A stretch of 64,000 nt of DNA, taken from IMG/VR virus record IMGVR_UViG_3300025530_000002, one strand, 5' to 3'. The DNA is from a virus. Every line of letters starts with the position of its first letter. The first letter of the stretch is position 1. This document shows, piece by piece, positions 49,568 to 58,607 of this stretch. Under the pieces are notes generated by a model. The model was not told the DNA's origin and did no database searches. It saw only the letters and a program-made list of their open reading frames with translations. Both the position numbers and the translations under genes were made by a program.

Positions 49568-50653
49568 TTACGGTTGAATCCAGATGTCGCCGTCCACGGC
49601 CGCCGCGCCTGGGTCGCCCGCCTGGACGAAGATGCGGGGCTGCCGGCGGCGGTTGAGGCGGTTGTTCGCGTCGCCCAGCCAGATTTCGCCGTTCGCGCGG
49701 AGCTGCACGCCACCTATATTGCCGTCGGTGCCGATGTACAGGGACTCGTTGCCGTCGTGGATCAGGTTGACGTGCGAGTATCCGTGGCGGTGCAGCGTGA
49801 TGACAGCCCATCCGCCGTCGTTACAGAACGACTCCACGCCGGCGCTGTTCCAGTTCGACTGGCCGTCGCGCCCGCCGCATACCGGGTTGCTCGTGTTGGT
49901 GGACACATCGCCGCCCAGTATGCGCGTGCCCTGCACAGCGCCGTTGAAGCTCGCGCCGCCCGAGTCCGCGATGAAGCGGCCGTCACTGGCGAACGTGAAG
50001 TTGTTGACGTGGCCGCTCGATGCGTTACGCACCTTGACGATGAACGAGGTGCCGTCGAAGCCCGCGATGCCCGCGCCGGAGTTGCCGTAGCTGATGTAGC
50101 CGTGGACGGGATCTTGCGCGCCGACTAAGCCGAGGGTATTGGCGATGCCTACGTCGTTGAGGGTCACGTCGTCGCCGACGTAGTACTTGGCACCCGACGC
50201 GCCCGAGTTGTTGCGGAAGGATTGAGCGTAGACAGCGCCGTCGTTTAGCACGCGGAAATTCCCGTCCGCGCCAAAGCCAAACCAGCCATACGGCCCACCA
50301 GCGGGACCAGTACGAATGGTAAAGCTGCCGTCGCTGTTACTCTCGTACAGATAGATTGCCTGCGAGCCAAGGGCAAGACCTCCATTGATCGCGCAGCTGC
50401 TGGTGAACGTCTTGCCCCCCATCGTGCTCGGGAGACGCTCATCCGAAAGCGTGCCGCTGGTGATATCCGAAGCCGAATGCGTGTGTGCAGCCGGTGTGAA
50501 CGTCGTCGGTTTGCCCGACACCTCGTCCCAAGTTGGCCAGCGTGTGGCGTACACCGGCACACCGGACAGCAGGCTCCAGGCGAGGGAGTCGCCGGCAGGC
50601 AGCTCGGCCAAGTTGTTGTTGGGTAGCAGAACTACGGGTTTGCGGTCGGCCAT
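49568..50653 (-). CDS. Tail fibre protein
   Basis: TFTPAAHTHSASDITSGTLSDERLP is a classical phage fibre motif (HxH...DITSGT). Gly/Asn/Ser-rich C-terminal region. Confidence 0.65.
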   Translation of the reverse strand: MADRKPVVLLPNNNLAELPAGDSLAWSLLSGVPVYATRWPTWDEVSGKPTTFTPAAHTHSASDITSGTLSDERLPSTMGGKTFTSSCAINGGLALGSQAIYLYESNSDGSFTIRTGPAGGPYGWFGFGADGNFRVLNDGAVYAQSFRNNSGASGAKYYVGDDVTLNDVGIANTLGLVGAQDPVHGYISYGNSGAGIAGFDGTSFIVKVRNASSGHVNNFTFASDGRFIADSGGASFNGAVQGTRILGGDVSTNTSNPVCGGRDGQSNWNSAGVESFCNDGGWAVITLHRHGYSHVNLIHDGNESLYIGTDGNIGGVQLRANGEIWLGDANNRLNRRRQPRIFVQAGDPGAAAVDGDIWIQP

Positions 50654-50674
50654 GGCACCCTCCTGACTGCGGCC

Positions 50675-50704
50675 ATAATACCTAAATTCGTCGCCGGGCG
50701 GAAA
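50675..50704 (-). promoter_or_regulatory. Candidate sigma70-type promoter for the fibre pair
   Basis: Minus strand TATTAT (50675-50680) lies about 20 nt upstream of the AGGAGGG RBS. The -35 is weak (TTCCGC/TTTCCG). Confidence 0.3.
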
Positions 50705-51064
50705 AGAGCCTAAGCCCTGAGTTACACAGTTCGGCGTTCCCGAAACCGGGCTAAAAAGACGGCGGGACCAACCGTGGAATTCAAGAGAGCCCGTGTCGTG
50801 GGCCAGCCGGCTGGGGACTGTTACCCTGTGCCCAGCATGAGGGGCAGCGGTTCTCGCAGAGCTGCGCTGCGGCCACCTCTACCTCCCGTGGCAAGGAGGG
50901 TGCGGCATTGCTCGCGCACCACGAGCGCCAGGGCTCGCGCCGCCTGGCTGGCGAATGGCGAAATCCAGTAGCCCCGTCTCGTGGGGCGGCCGCCGCATTC
51001 GCAGACCACAAGCGGGTGTGGTGAAGCCGGCGCCCACGCCGCCGGTCTGCAGGGACGAGCGCGG

Positions 51065-51301
51065 TCACAACGCTCGTCTTTTCTTGGCAATGTCGTCGAA
51101 GATGTCACCGAACAGGTCCGCGGACTCCTCGTCTTGCAGGAGGAAGTCCGCGGCTTCGGCAATGGCGTGGAACGTGGCCACGTCACCGCCTTTGTCCGGA
51201 TGATGTTCAGCCAGCAACGTCCGGCGTCGGGCCCGGATCACGGCCGGCGTGACCTCCGCCTCCGACAGATTCAGCAGCTTCAGCGCCGTCACTCGGTTCA
51301 T
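51065..51301 (-). CDS. J-domain (DnaJ-like co-chaperone) protein, stand-alone 78 aa
   Basis: LLNLSEAEVTPAVIRARRRTLLAEHHPDKGGDVATFHAIAEAADFL carries the HPD tripeptide in canonical J-domain helix II/III context. Confidence 0.8.
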   Translation of the reverse strand: MNRVTALKLLNLSEAEVTPAVIRARRRTLLAEHHPDKGGDVATFHAIAEAADFLLQDEESADLFGDIFDDIAKKRRAL

Positions 51302-51309
51302 CGCCGTTC

Positions 51310-51945
51310 TCAGTGCAAAACTCTCTGGTGGTGGGCAGTCTGCGCCGCGCGCGGCGGATGTCCGTACAAGTTCTGCATCGCGCCCGCAAGCGCGTAGTCG
51401 TAGTCGTGGGCGATCATCGGGTCGACCTTGGCCGTCAGCTGCAGCTTGCCGTCGACCGTCTCGACCACCCAGAAGTACGACGCCACGTTGCGGTCCCCGT
51501 CCTCGATGTGGAGGACCAGGACTTCATCGTAGGACTCGCCCGCCATCTCGTACATCTTCTCGCGCGAAACATCGCCCCGGGTCACCTTGTGGGCGATAGC
51601 CTCCAGTTCATCCGGGTCGTCGTGCGTCAACGAACGCGCAGTGCCCAACGAAAGGACCACGACGGCCGACTGTGCATAGACGTCCGGCGCGAACTCCTTG
51701 CACCTCTGCATCGTGGCGCGAATAGATTCGGCGATGTGCTGCGGCGGAACGACGCCGGCAAGCGTCGCCAACAGCTGCGGGTCAAGCAGCGGCGCGACCG
51801 TATTGGATTCGGCGTCGTACTTGAGCACGTTGAAACGCGGGTCGGTGACGCCGATGTGACCGTGCTTGGCGTGCTGTTCATGGATAAGTTCCAGCAGGGT
51901 GTCCTTCAGGCGCTGGCAGAATGCGTCGAAATGCTCAGGGCGCAT
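51310..51945 (-). CDS. Hypothetical protein (211 aa)
   Basis: ORF with protein-like composition. Confidence 0.7.
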   Translation of the reverse strand: MRPEHFDAFCQRLKDTLLELIHEQHAKHGHIGVTDPRFNVLKYDAESNTVAPLLDPQLLATLAGVVPPQHIAESIRATMQRCKEFAPDVYAQSAVVVLSLGTARSLTHDDPDELEAIAHKVTRGDVSREKMYEMAGESYDEVLVLHIEDGDRNVASYFWVVETVDGKLQLTAKVDPMIAHDYDYALAGAMQNLYGHPPRAAQTAHHQRVLH

Positions 51946-52073
51946 GGGTGTTTTCCTTCATTTGAAACGACGACGGCCGGCCCGGGAAGGGCCGGATGTT
52001 GAGCGAAGCAGCGTAATCAGCTGGATTACGTTGAGAGCAAGCACGGCCACGGTGCGCGCCACTTTCAGACTGA

Positions 52074-52415
52074 TCAAGGGGTGCGTCCTCCGAACGGAAA
52101 CGGTTTTTCGTCCGGCGCTCGTAGCGCTTCGATCCGCGCGATCAGCTCCTCGTCCGTGTAGGTCGCAGCGCAAACCGGGCACGGGATGTATCCGCTACCG
52201 CGCAGCGGCCAGCCGGCGGGTAGCGGCACGCGCTCACGCATGTAGGACTGGGCGTAGAGGCGATCGAGGAAGAACTCGATGCAGCACTCCGGATATCCGA
52301 AACGCTGCCCCTTCCGTGTCAGGCGTTCAAGAGCCTCTTGAACAGCCGCGCGGCAATCTCGCTGACGGGCATGATGCGCGGTCGATAGAATGCTTCGGGG
52401 TGTCGGGTCGACCAT
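52074..52415 (-). CDS. Hypothetical Cys-containing protein; start uncertain
   Basis: The C-terminal part FGYPECCIEFF...GYIPCPVCAATYTDEEL looks coding. The only ATG (52415) gives a 97-nt overlap with the upstream gene. A non-ATG start near 52330 is possible. Confidence 0.4.
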   Translation of the reverse strand: MVDPTPRSILSTAHHARQRDCRAAVQEALERLTRKGQRFGYPECCIEFFLDRLYAQSYMRERVPLPAGWPLRGSGYIPCPVCAATYTDEELIARIEALRAPDEKPFPFGGRTP

Positions 52416-52741
52416 TCCTGCGGGCCTTCTAGGATGAATCCGTGGGCGCGGCCGTTCAATTTGAGTCCTACCACGACCACAGCGTTCCCGCCTGCGGCGT
52501 ACCGCCGATCCAACCACTGGCGCTGCAGGGCGGTCGGCAAACAACGCTCCGGGAGGGTCGAGTAGAAATGGTCGTCCCGATCGAACGCCTTGTATTCGAC
52601 CCACAGGTCGCGCTGGTAGTCGTAGTAGTAATCCGGCGTGCCAGCGTATGACTGCGCACCCAGCGTCATGGACTGACGATGGACCTCCTGGGGGAGGTGC
52701 CGGTGGACCGCGTCGATGAAAGCCCGTTCTTTCACGGGCAC
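52319..52741 (-). CDS. PD-(D/E)XK nuclease, VRR-NUC-like (putative)
   Basis: GTPDYYYDYQRDLWVEYK fits the D...E-x-K motif. Size and replication-module context are consistent. Confidence 0.5.
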   Translation of the reverse strand: MPVKERAFIDAVHRHLPQEVHRQSMTLGAQSYAGTPDYYYDYQRDLWVEYKAFDRDDHFYSTLPERCLPTALQRQWLDRRYAAGGNAVVVVGLKLNGRAHGFILEGPQEWSTRHPEAFYRPRIMPVSEIAARLFKRLLNA

Positions 52742-52816
52742 TCATCTTACGCCGGCGCGCGGCAAAGAAAAACCCGAAGGGCGCTGCACACGCCCTTCGG
52801 GTTGGCGTCGTCGGCT

Positions 52817-53320
52817 TCAGTGCCCCGCGAGGGCCAGCAGCTCGACCAGGCGCCCCGCCGCGGCCTTGTACTTGTCCGTCAGCGGCTGCGTCGCCTGCAG
52901 GTACTCCTTGTGCTTGGCCTTGATCTCGTCTTCCAGGCTGCGCATCAGCGCGCGCAGCCCGTCCACGTCGGTCGCAGTGGCGATGTCGTCCGGGATCGAG
53001 GCCTTGCGGCGGCCGCGGCGCGGCTTGGGCGCCTCGGCCTCGCTCTCGGCGGGGGCTGCCTCGGTACGCGGGGCTTCGTCCGCCACCACGTAGCCGTCAT
53101 CCTCGTCCGACGCCACAGCGTCGCCCAGCGCCTGGGCGGCCTGGTCGATCGGGTCGGGCTCGGGCTCCACCGGCGGCGTGGCCAGGACCGGCGAGGGCGG
53201 GCGCTGCAGCCGGCGACGCGGGCTCACGTTGGGGTCGAACGCCGCCTCGGTGGACGGCGAAGAGGCATCATCGTTCAGCGGCGCCGCAGTACGCGACGTC
53301 AGTCGGGACTTCAGAGGCAT
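52817..53320 (-). CDS. Hypothetical acidic, Pro/Ala-rich protein
   Basis: 167-aa ORF, largely low-complexity, with a helical C-terminus. Confidence 0.6.
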   Translation of the reverse strand: MPLKSRLTSRTAAPLNDDASSPSTEAAFDPNVSPRRRLQRPPSPVLATPPVEPEPDPIDQAAQALGDAVASDEDDGYVVADEAPRTEAAPAESEAEAPKPRRGRRKASIPDDIATATDVDGLRALMRSLEDEIKAKHKEYLQATQPLTDKYKAAAGRLVELLALAGH

Positions 53321-53334
53321 GGGTTACTCCAGGT

Positions 53335-54075
53335 TTATCGACGGGGAACAGGACGCGCGACCCGCTGCTGCGACTGGCGGGTCGGGACGTAGTTGGTCAG
53401 GTCCGGCAGCCGGCCGAGCAGCTCTTCAGCCATGTCGGCCAGCTCGAAGACCTCCGTGTAGTACGGATTGGCCTCCGGTGCGGAGAACTGCAGCGTGGTG
53501 TAGTTGCCCTTCGGCACGGCGCGGACAGTGACCAGGGTCTTGATCGGCGGCCCGTTGAACAGGCGCGCCGCCTGCAGCGCGTAGGCGTCGAACGAGCGCA
53601 ACGCAGTCGGCGGGACCGACATCAGGTGCATCTCCGGCTTCTCGCCTTCGGCCAGGTGCGCCAGCTCGTCGGCCAGCACCACCGCCAGCAGCCGGGTGTT
53701 CTTGCACGCCTTGGCCTTCTCGCCGCGGGAGCCGAACTGGTTGTGCGGGCAGATGGCGCAGTTCTCGGCCTGCGGCTCGGGCGCCTCGGGCTCCGGCGCC
53801 AGGTCGGCGAGCTTGCGGGCACGCGCGAAGCACACCGGCGGGCGCGGGTTGTTGGGGTCGTAGGGGGCCGTGTAGTAGTCGTTGGCCGAACAGAAGTCAA
53901 CGACGCAGATGGTGATCTCGCTGCCCAGGTTCACGCCGCCTGCAGCGACGAAGTTGCCGGAACGATCCAGGGAGATCTTGCGCGCCTCGGGCTGGCCGAC
54001 CTGCTCGCGGATCTGGGCCGCGCGGGCGGCCAGCTCCTGCTCGATGGCCATCAGGTCACGACGTTGCTGGTTCAT
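53335..54075 (-). CDS. Hypothetical replication-module protein with a CxxC...C knuckle (ssDNA-binding candidate)
   Basis: 246 aa. ENCAICPHNQFGSRGEKAKACKNTRLL. Lies near PolA and the nucleases. Function is a guess. Confidence 0.6.
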   Translation of the reverse strand: MNQQRRDLMAIEQELAARAAQIREQVGQPEARKISLDRSGNFVAAGGVNLGSEITICVVDFCSANDYYTAPYDPNNPRPPVCFARARKLADLAPEPEAPEPQAENCAICPHNQFGSRGEKAKACKNTRLLAVVLADELAHLAEGEKPEMHLMSVPPTALRSFDAYALQAARLFNGPPIKTLVTVRAVPKGNYTTLQFSAPEANPYYTEVFELADMAEELLGRLPDLTNYVPTRQSQQRVARPVPRR

Positions 54076-54114
54076 AGACGTTTTCCTTTGTAACTGTGGG
54101 ACGGAGTGACAGGG

Positions 54115-54504
54115 CTACTTGGAACGTTGACGGACAGAGAGCGAGCGTTTCACGAAGGCCGCGGTGCCCGGAGGCGGTTCGCCGCCGCGGTCTTCCACCA
54201 GCTCACGCCAGACTGACGTCATCAAGCGGCGCTGAAACAGGTCCAGGCGCTTGTGGCGCAGGACGAACTGCTCCAACGCCGCCCAGTCCTGAATACGGGG
54301 GACTTGTTCGAACTTCGCCTCGCAAACAAGTCCACCCGCCGCCAGCATAGTGGTTCCCTGTTCGTCCATCAACTGCTCGATCGCTTCTACGATCGAGTCT
54401 CGCTCGCGCTTGAGATCACGGAGAACGCCGTTCGCGTGATCAATCTTGTTCTCGATGGCCTCCAGCGCTTGCAGCAACTGGGCGGCATTGGGGCGGTCGC
54501 TCAT
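54115..54504 (-). CDS. Hypothetical protein (129 aa)
   Basis: ORF with ATG at 54504. Confidence 0.65.
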   Translation of the reverse strand: MSDRPNAAQLLQALEAIENKIDHANGVLRDLKRERDSIVEAIEQLMDEQGTTMLAAGGLVCEAKFEQVPRIQDWAALEQFVLRHKRLDLFQRRLMTSVWRELVEDRGGEPPPGTAAFVKRSLSVRQRSK

Positions 54505-54671
54505 TGCACGGTCACCTTGAAGACTTCGTCCAGCGCCGGGTTGACCTCGTCGGGCGAGTACCCCAGCTTGAGCAATTCGGCTTCCAGGACCGGGCGCAGC
54601 AGCGGCTTGCCCGGCAGGTCCCTCACACTGGCGGTCAGGTAGTCGATGGTTTCTCGGATCGGACTCATCAT
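54501..54671 (-). CDS. Small protein (56 aa, below the ORF-track cutoff)
   Basis: ATG at 54671 with a GAGGAAAC RBS. MMSPIRETIDYLTASVRDLPGKPLLRPVLEAELLKLGYSPDEVNPALDEVFKVTVQ. ATGA overlaps at both ends. Confidence 0.55.
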   Translation of the reverse strand: MMSPIRETIDYLTASVRDLPGKPLLRPVLEAELLKLGYSPDEVNPALDEVFKVTVQ

Positions 54672-54850
54672 AGAAGTTTCCTCAGGTGGTCAGGGTGGAT
54701 GCGCACCCGCTCTTGTGGAACTGCGTCCTTGTATCCCTTCAACGCGTCTTCGCGTCCGCGCTCGTACGCGCGAACCGCTACTCGTTGCAGCAGCTCGTGG
54801 AGCAGGTCACTTCGCAACAGGATGTTGTACTTCGTGTTCCGGATGACCAT
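54668..54850 (-). CDS. Hypothetical protein (60 aa)
   Basis: ORF between PolA and the small coupled gene. Confidence 0.55.
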   Translation of the reverse strand: MVIRNTKYNILLRSDLLHELLQRVAVRAYERGREDALKGYKDAVPQERVRIHPDHLRKLL

Positions 54851-54853
54851 CGC

Positions 54854-56716
54854 TCACACCTTGTCGTAGACCGCGCTGACGTCAACGCTCGCGTTCAAGG
54901 GCAGGCCCTGGGACCATTCCTCCGGCGTCGACATGATGCGCTTCACCGCGGCGGCCACCTCCTCGGCGGTCTCCTCGTAGGTCACCAGCACCATCTCGTC
55001 ATGCGTGGTCGAAGCTACAACCACGTCATGCGGGATGGTGTCGATGCAGCGCAACATCTGTTGCTTCAGCAGCACACAAGAAAGCGCTTGCGCGATGTTT
55101 TCCAGCAGGTATCCGCCCCATACTTTGACGGGGCCGTTCTTGCTCACATAGTGCAGCTCTCCATTGTCAGCATCGACGTACACGCGCGGGTACTTCATGT
55201 ACGTCCCGTTCGGCAGGTGGATGTACCCGTTGCCGTTGAGGTAGTCGAAGCCGACCGGGCCCAGCTCGATCTGCTGCCCGCTGAGCCAGGACAGCTTCGC
55301 CGCCTCGCCCAGCCGGGTCCACAGCCGCGTGATCGGCCAGCGCGCCTGGCGCCACTTGGCCACCAGTTCTTTGGCCTCTGCCACTGACATGTCGATCGCC
55401 GGGCCGAGGTTGCCCAGACGGAACACGTTGGACACCTTCACGCCGCCCGCGCCGTACTGACACGACAGCGACAGGACCTTGCCTACGAAACGCTCGTCCG
55501 GGTGGTCGTCTTTGTTGACGGGGAACCCGTACACGCCCGAGGCGTTCACGGAGTACACGTCCTCGCCCTCGGCGAACGCCGTCAGCAGCTCCTGGTCATC
55601 GGCCAGCCAGGCCACCAGCCGGGCCTCGATCTGGCTGGCGTCGGCGATGACCAGGTTGCAGCCTTCCGGTGCGGCGAGCGCCGTGCGCAGTGCGGCGCCC
55701 TCGCCACGACGGGCCATGTTCTGCCAGTTCACCGAGTCGCCACCGGACCAGCGTCCGGTGCGGGCGCCCCAGTAGTTGTAGTACATGGGCGTGGGTAGGC
55801 CGACGCGCCGCAGCAGACGTTGGCTGCGGGTCTCGATCAGCGTGCTTTTTGCCGTCAGGCGGGCTTCGACCGCAGCGACCACCCTCGGGTCGGGATGCCG
55901 CAGCAGCGCTTTGAATTCCAGATCGGTCTTCGCAAACGCGTACGTCGGCTGCCCGGTGCGCGGGCTGATCTTCACTGGCGGTTCGACACCCAGGGAGCGG
56001 AGATAGTCAGCGAACTTTTGGGCACTCCCCAGGACCGTCAGATCTACTCCCGCCGCCTGCACTGCAGCGGCGCGTCGGCCTACCTCACGCCCATGAACCT
56101 CGCGCAAGCGGGCCTCGTCCAGGTGCAGGACCGGCTCGCAATACATCCGCATGGTCAGGTCGATGATCCGCAGCTCGTCCTCCGGGACGTGCTTGACCAT
56201 CTTCTCGAAGATGCCTCGCGTGAGTCGAGCGTCGTCTTCGTTGTATTCCAGCAGCAACTGGAGCAGGTCCTTGGGGATATCCTTGTACCGCAGCCCCTTC
56301 ACCTGCTCCAGGGCCTGCGCCTTGACCTTGCCTGCGAACCCGTAGCGCTGACTGACAGCGTCCAGGCTGTGCGACACGTCCACACCGAACAGCATCCGCG
56401 ACATGGACTGGGTGTCCAGCCAGAACACCGGGTGCAGGTCGTAGTGGTGGGTCAGGATCAGGCCGTCGAACTGCGCATGATGCGCGCAGAACGCCGTCTC
56501 ATTCCAGTTGATACTGCGCAGCAAGGGACCCACGTCCGGGCCGGCGGCGACCTTGGGGACATCCCAGGTGCTGTGCCACACCGCGACCGAGATCGCTTCG
56601 AACAGCTCATGACGGATGTAGTCCGTCATCGACAGGCTCTTGTTGCGCAGGGAGTACTCCGAGTCGTAGTACGTCTCGAAGTCGACGACACAGTAGTGAC
56701 TGAAGGGCAGTGGCAT
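54854..56716 (-). CDS. DNA polymerase, family A, with a 3'-5' exonuclease domain
   Basis: ATG at 56716. Exo I VVDFETY. Motif A IADASQIEARLVAWLA. Motif B RFVGKVLSLSCQYGAGG. Motif C TTHDEMVLV. Confidence 0.9.
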   Translation of the reverse strand: MPLPFSHYCVVDFETYYDSEYSLRNKSLSMTDYIRHELFEAISVAVWHSTWDVPKVAAGPDVGPLLRSINWNETAFCAHHAQFDGLILTHHYDLHPVFWLDTQSMSRMLFGVDVSHSLDAVSQRYGFAGKVKAQALEQVKGLRYKDIPKDLLQLLLEYNEDDARLTRGIFEKMVKHVPEDELRIIDLTMRMYCEPVLHLDEARLREVHGREVGRRAAAVQAAGVDLTVLGSAQKFADYLRSLGVEPPVKISPRTGQPTYAFAKTDLEFKALLRHPDPRVVAAVEARLTAKSTLIETRSQRLLRRVGLPTPMYYNYWGARTGRWSGGDSVNWQNMARRGEGAALRTALAAPEGCNLVIADASQIEARLVAWLADDQELLTAFAEGEDVYSVNASGVYGFPVNKDDHPDERFVGKVLSLSCQYGAGGVKVSNVFRLGNLGPAIDMSVAEAKELVAKWRQARWPITRLWTRLGEAAKLSWLSGQQIELGPVGFDYLNGNGYIHLPNGTYMKYPRVYVDADNGELHYVSKNGPVKVWGGYLLENIAQALSCVLLKQQMLRCIDTIPHDVVVASTTHDEMVLVTYEETAEEVAAAVKRIMSTPEEWSQGLPLNASVDVSAVYDKV

Positions 56717-56772
56717 GTTGTACGTGCAGTGGGGTAGAAGTCCATACACCCTACTGGCGGACGCCTGCGCTG

Positions 56773-57537
56773 TCAACTGCCGTACGGCCCGCCTTCCACG
56801 AGGATGACGAAGTAGGCCATGACGCAATCGGCGCCATCTTCGTGCGGCTCGATGTCACGGAACACGAGCCTGTCACCTTTCTTCGCAGGCCGAATGTCAC
56901 GGCGGATTGCCGCGTAGACCTTCCGCGTCAGCTCATCCGCGAGCTTTTCTTCCTCCGGTCGCACCATGTCGCCTTGCAGCAGCCGCGCGTAGTCATCGTG
57001 GCCACCAATGGCGCCTTGCCGCACTTCATCTTCCAGCGCGCGTCGAACGCTGGCGAAAGACTGGCGGTAGGCCGGGATGCAGAGCCAGGGGCGCGAATCG
57101 CCGCGGAAATAGTCCGGCAGACACGTGTCAACGTGAACGATAGAAACGCGCAAACCGCGCGGCTCACTTTCAACGATCATGCAATGTTGCTCGTAGCAGT
57201 CCAGGGCGTCAGAATCGAACGTGCCGGCCTCGCGCCACTGCGCCACCTTGCGGCGCCAGTCGAACGGAGATCGGAGCGATGGCGCGGGAATGTTTAGCAG
57301 GAACGCGGCCTCTTCGCGCGACGGTGCGCGGATCGTTTGGATGTCACCGTCGCGGTCGCGCGCGCAGTACAGGGGCGCGCCGATCCCCCAATACGCGCCG
57401 CCGTCGTCATACCCGCCCGAATCGAGCTTCACCTTGAACAAATGAACCGTGCCCCGTGTCGTGTCCAGGTCCGGCGCGTTACGCCGACCCATCGGGGCGC
57501 CGTAGGTGCAGCTTACGTCTTCGAATTGCTTGCCCAT
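56773..57537 (-). CDS. Hypothetical conserved phage protein (254 aa)
   Basis: ATG at 57537 with an AGGAAGGG RBS. YGAPMGRR...GGYDDGGAYWGIGAPLY block. Confidence 0.7.
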   Translation of the reverse strand: MGKQFEDVSCTYGAPMGRRNAPDLDTTRGTVHLFKVKLDSGGYDDGGAYWGIGAPLYCARDRDGDIQTIRAPSREEAAFLLNIPAPSLRSPFDWRRKVAQWREAGTFDSDALDCYEQHCMIVESEPRGLRVSIVHVDTCLPDYFRGDSRPWLCIPAYRQSFASVRRALEDEVRQGAIGGHDDYARLLQGDMVRPEEEKLADELTRKVYAAIRRDIRPAKKGDRLVFRDIEPHEDGADCVMAYFVILVEGGPYGS

Positions 57538-57539
57538 GG

Positions 57540-58091
57540 TCAACCCTTCCTGACTTGTACGCGTTTGGCGCCGTGCTCGATGTACGTGGCATCGCCCACC
57601 TGCTCCGCGATGTGCCTGGCCAGCTCCTGCGCCAATTCGGCGATGTAGTCGTCGGCGTTCGATTCGACCCCGCCGATGGCCTCGCGCAACCAGGTCTCGT
57701 CGCCGTCCGTGTCCAACAGCGTGACGACAACGAGCACGTACGACCATTCGTCATTGCACCATGCGCGCAAATACTGGAAATCGGATTCGACGGCGGCCGC
57801 GGCGATCTCTCCGGCGGTCGGCTCACGCCCCAGCCGGGCTACCAACGCCGCGCGGGCATCGGGGCTAATCCCCCAGCCGTCGCGCTTGGCGATGCGCGTG
57901 GCCTCGGCCACGTCGTAGTAGCGATAGCAGCCGCGATCAGACCACAGCACGCGCTCGCCGGGTAGCTTGCTGCGTGTGGTCCAGTCGCTGACGGGGCCGT
58001 GCCCGCAGTCCACTTCCCAAGGCGCGCCGTGCAAATCGTCGGGTTCCACGCTGACAGAAAACGTGAGGCCGCTGATCGTGATGTTGTCCAT
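57540..58091 (-). CDS. Hypothetical conserved phage protein (183 aa)
   Basis: ATG at 58091. HGAPWEVDCGHGPVSDW...YYDVAEATRIAKRDGWG. Confidence 0.65.
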   Translation of the reverse strand: MDNITISGLTFSVSVEPDDLHGAPWEVDCGHGPVSDWTTRSKLPGERVLWSDRGCYRYYDVAEATRIAKRDGWGISPDARAALVARLGREPTAGEIAAAAVESDFQYLRAWCNDEWSYVLVVVTLLDTDGDETWLREAIGGVESNADDYIAELAQELARHIAEQVGDATYIEHGAKRVQVRKG

Positions 58092-58111
58092 GATCAAGTC
58101 CTGGCAGCGTA

Positions 58112-58312
58112 TCACTTCAGCCAATAATTGGGGTCGAGCTTGGCCGCTCGCTGGTCCGCGAGGCGGTTGAGTTTGGCGGCGTGCTGGCGCGCGTTGTGCG
58201 CGTTCTTGTGGCTGCTGATGACTTCTTTCACGTCGTTGGTGTGCCAGCTGCACAAAACGACGTCTGTGTAGCCCGGCCAGCCGCGGCGCGTGGTGTAGTA
58301 ATAGTCACGCAT
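58112..58312 (-). CDS. Hypothetical protein (66 aa)
   Basis: ATG at 58312 in an ATGCGTGA 8-nt overlap. Confidence 0.55.
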   Translation of the reverse strand: MRDYYYTTRRGWPGYTDVVLCSWHTNDVKEVISSHKNAHNARQHAAKLNRLADQRAAKLDPNYWLK

Positions 58313-58607
58313 TGGCAACACTCTTGGGTCGGAGGGGAACAACGTCGAGGGCGATGAATGCCACTGGGCCGCCATCACCAATGGGGGTGACGTTGAACTG
58401 ACCCTCGAAGTGGATCACGTCGCCCAGATCGGTGTCGACTTCCTGGTCTACGAACTCCTGACAGTAGCGGTCGAGCGTGCCGCTGTCAGTCCATGTGATG
58501 ACGATGATCTCGCCATGTTCCGGGTGGTCCTCCGTCCAGAAGTCGACGAGTTCCGACTGGTTCAAGGGGAGGACGAAATAGCGGTTGAGAATCTCGGAGA
58601 GCTTCAT
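58305..58607 (-). CDS. Hypothetical protein (100 aa)
   Basis: ATG at 58607 in an ATGA overlap. Confidence 0.6.
   Translation of the reverse strand: MKLSEILNRYFVLPLNQSELVDFWTEDHPEHGEIIVITWTDSGTLDRYCQEFVDQEVDTDLGDVIHFEGQFNVTPIGDGGPVAFIALDVVPLRPKSVANA

Noticed and set aside
50774-51397. ORFs 50774..50971 (+), 50781..51068 (-), 50821..51186 (-) and 50981..51397 (+) in or around the spacer.
   Set aside because: Their composition is Arg/Pro/Ala-rich and out-of-frame-like, and they have no RBS. Two overlap the well-supported J-domain gene. The region is reported as non-coding of unknown function instead.
51977-52030. Two stem-loops (ccggccc-gggaa-gggccgg and cgtaatc-agctg-gattacg) between CDS 52074..52415 and 51310..51945, considered as a terminator.
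   Set aside because: Neither strand has a U-tract after either stem, and the downstream gene follows within 30 nt. They may be RNA stability elements, but the evidence is too weak to call.
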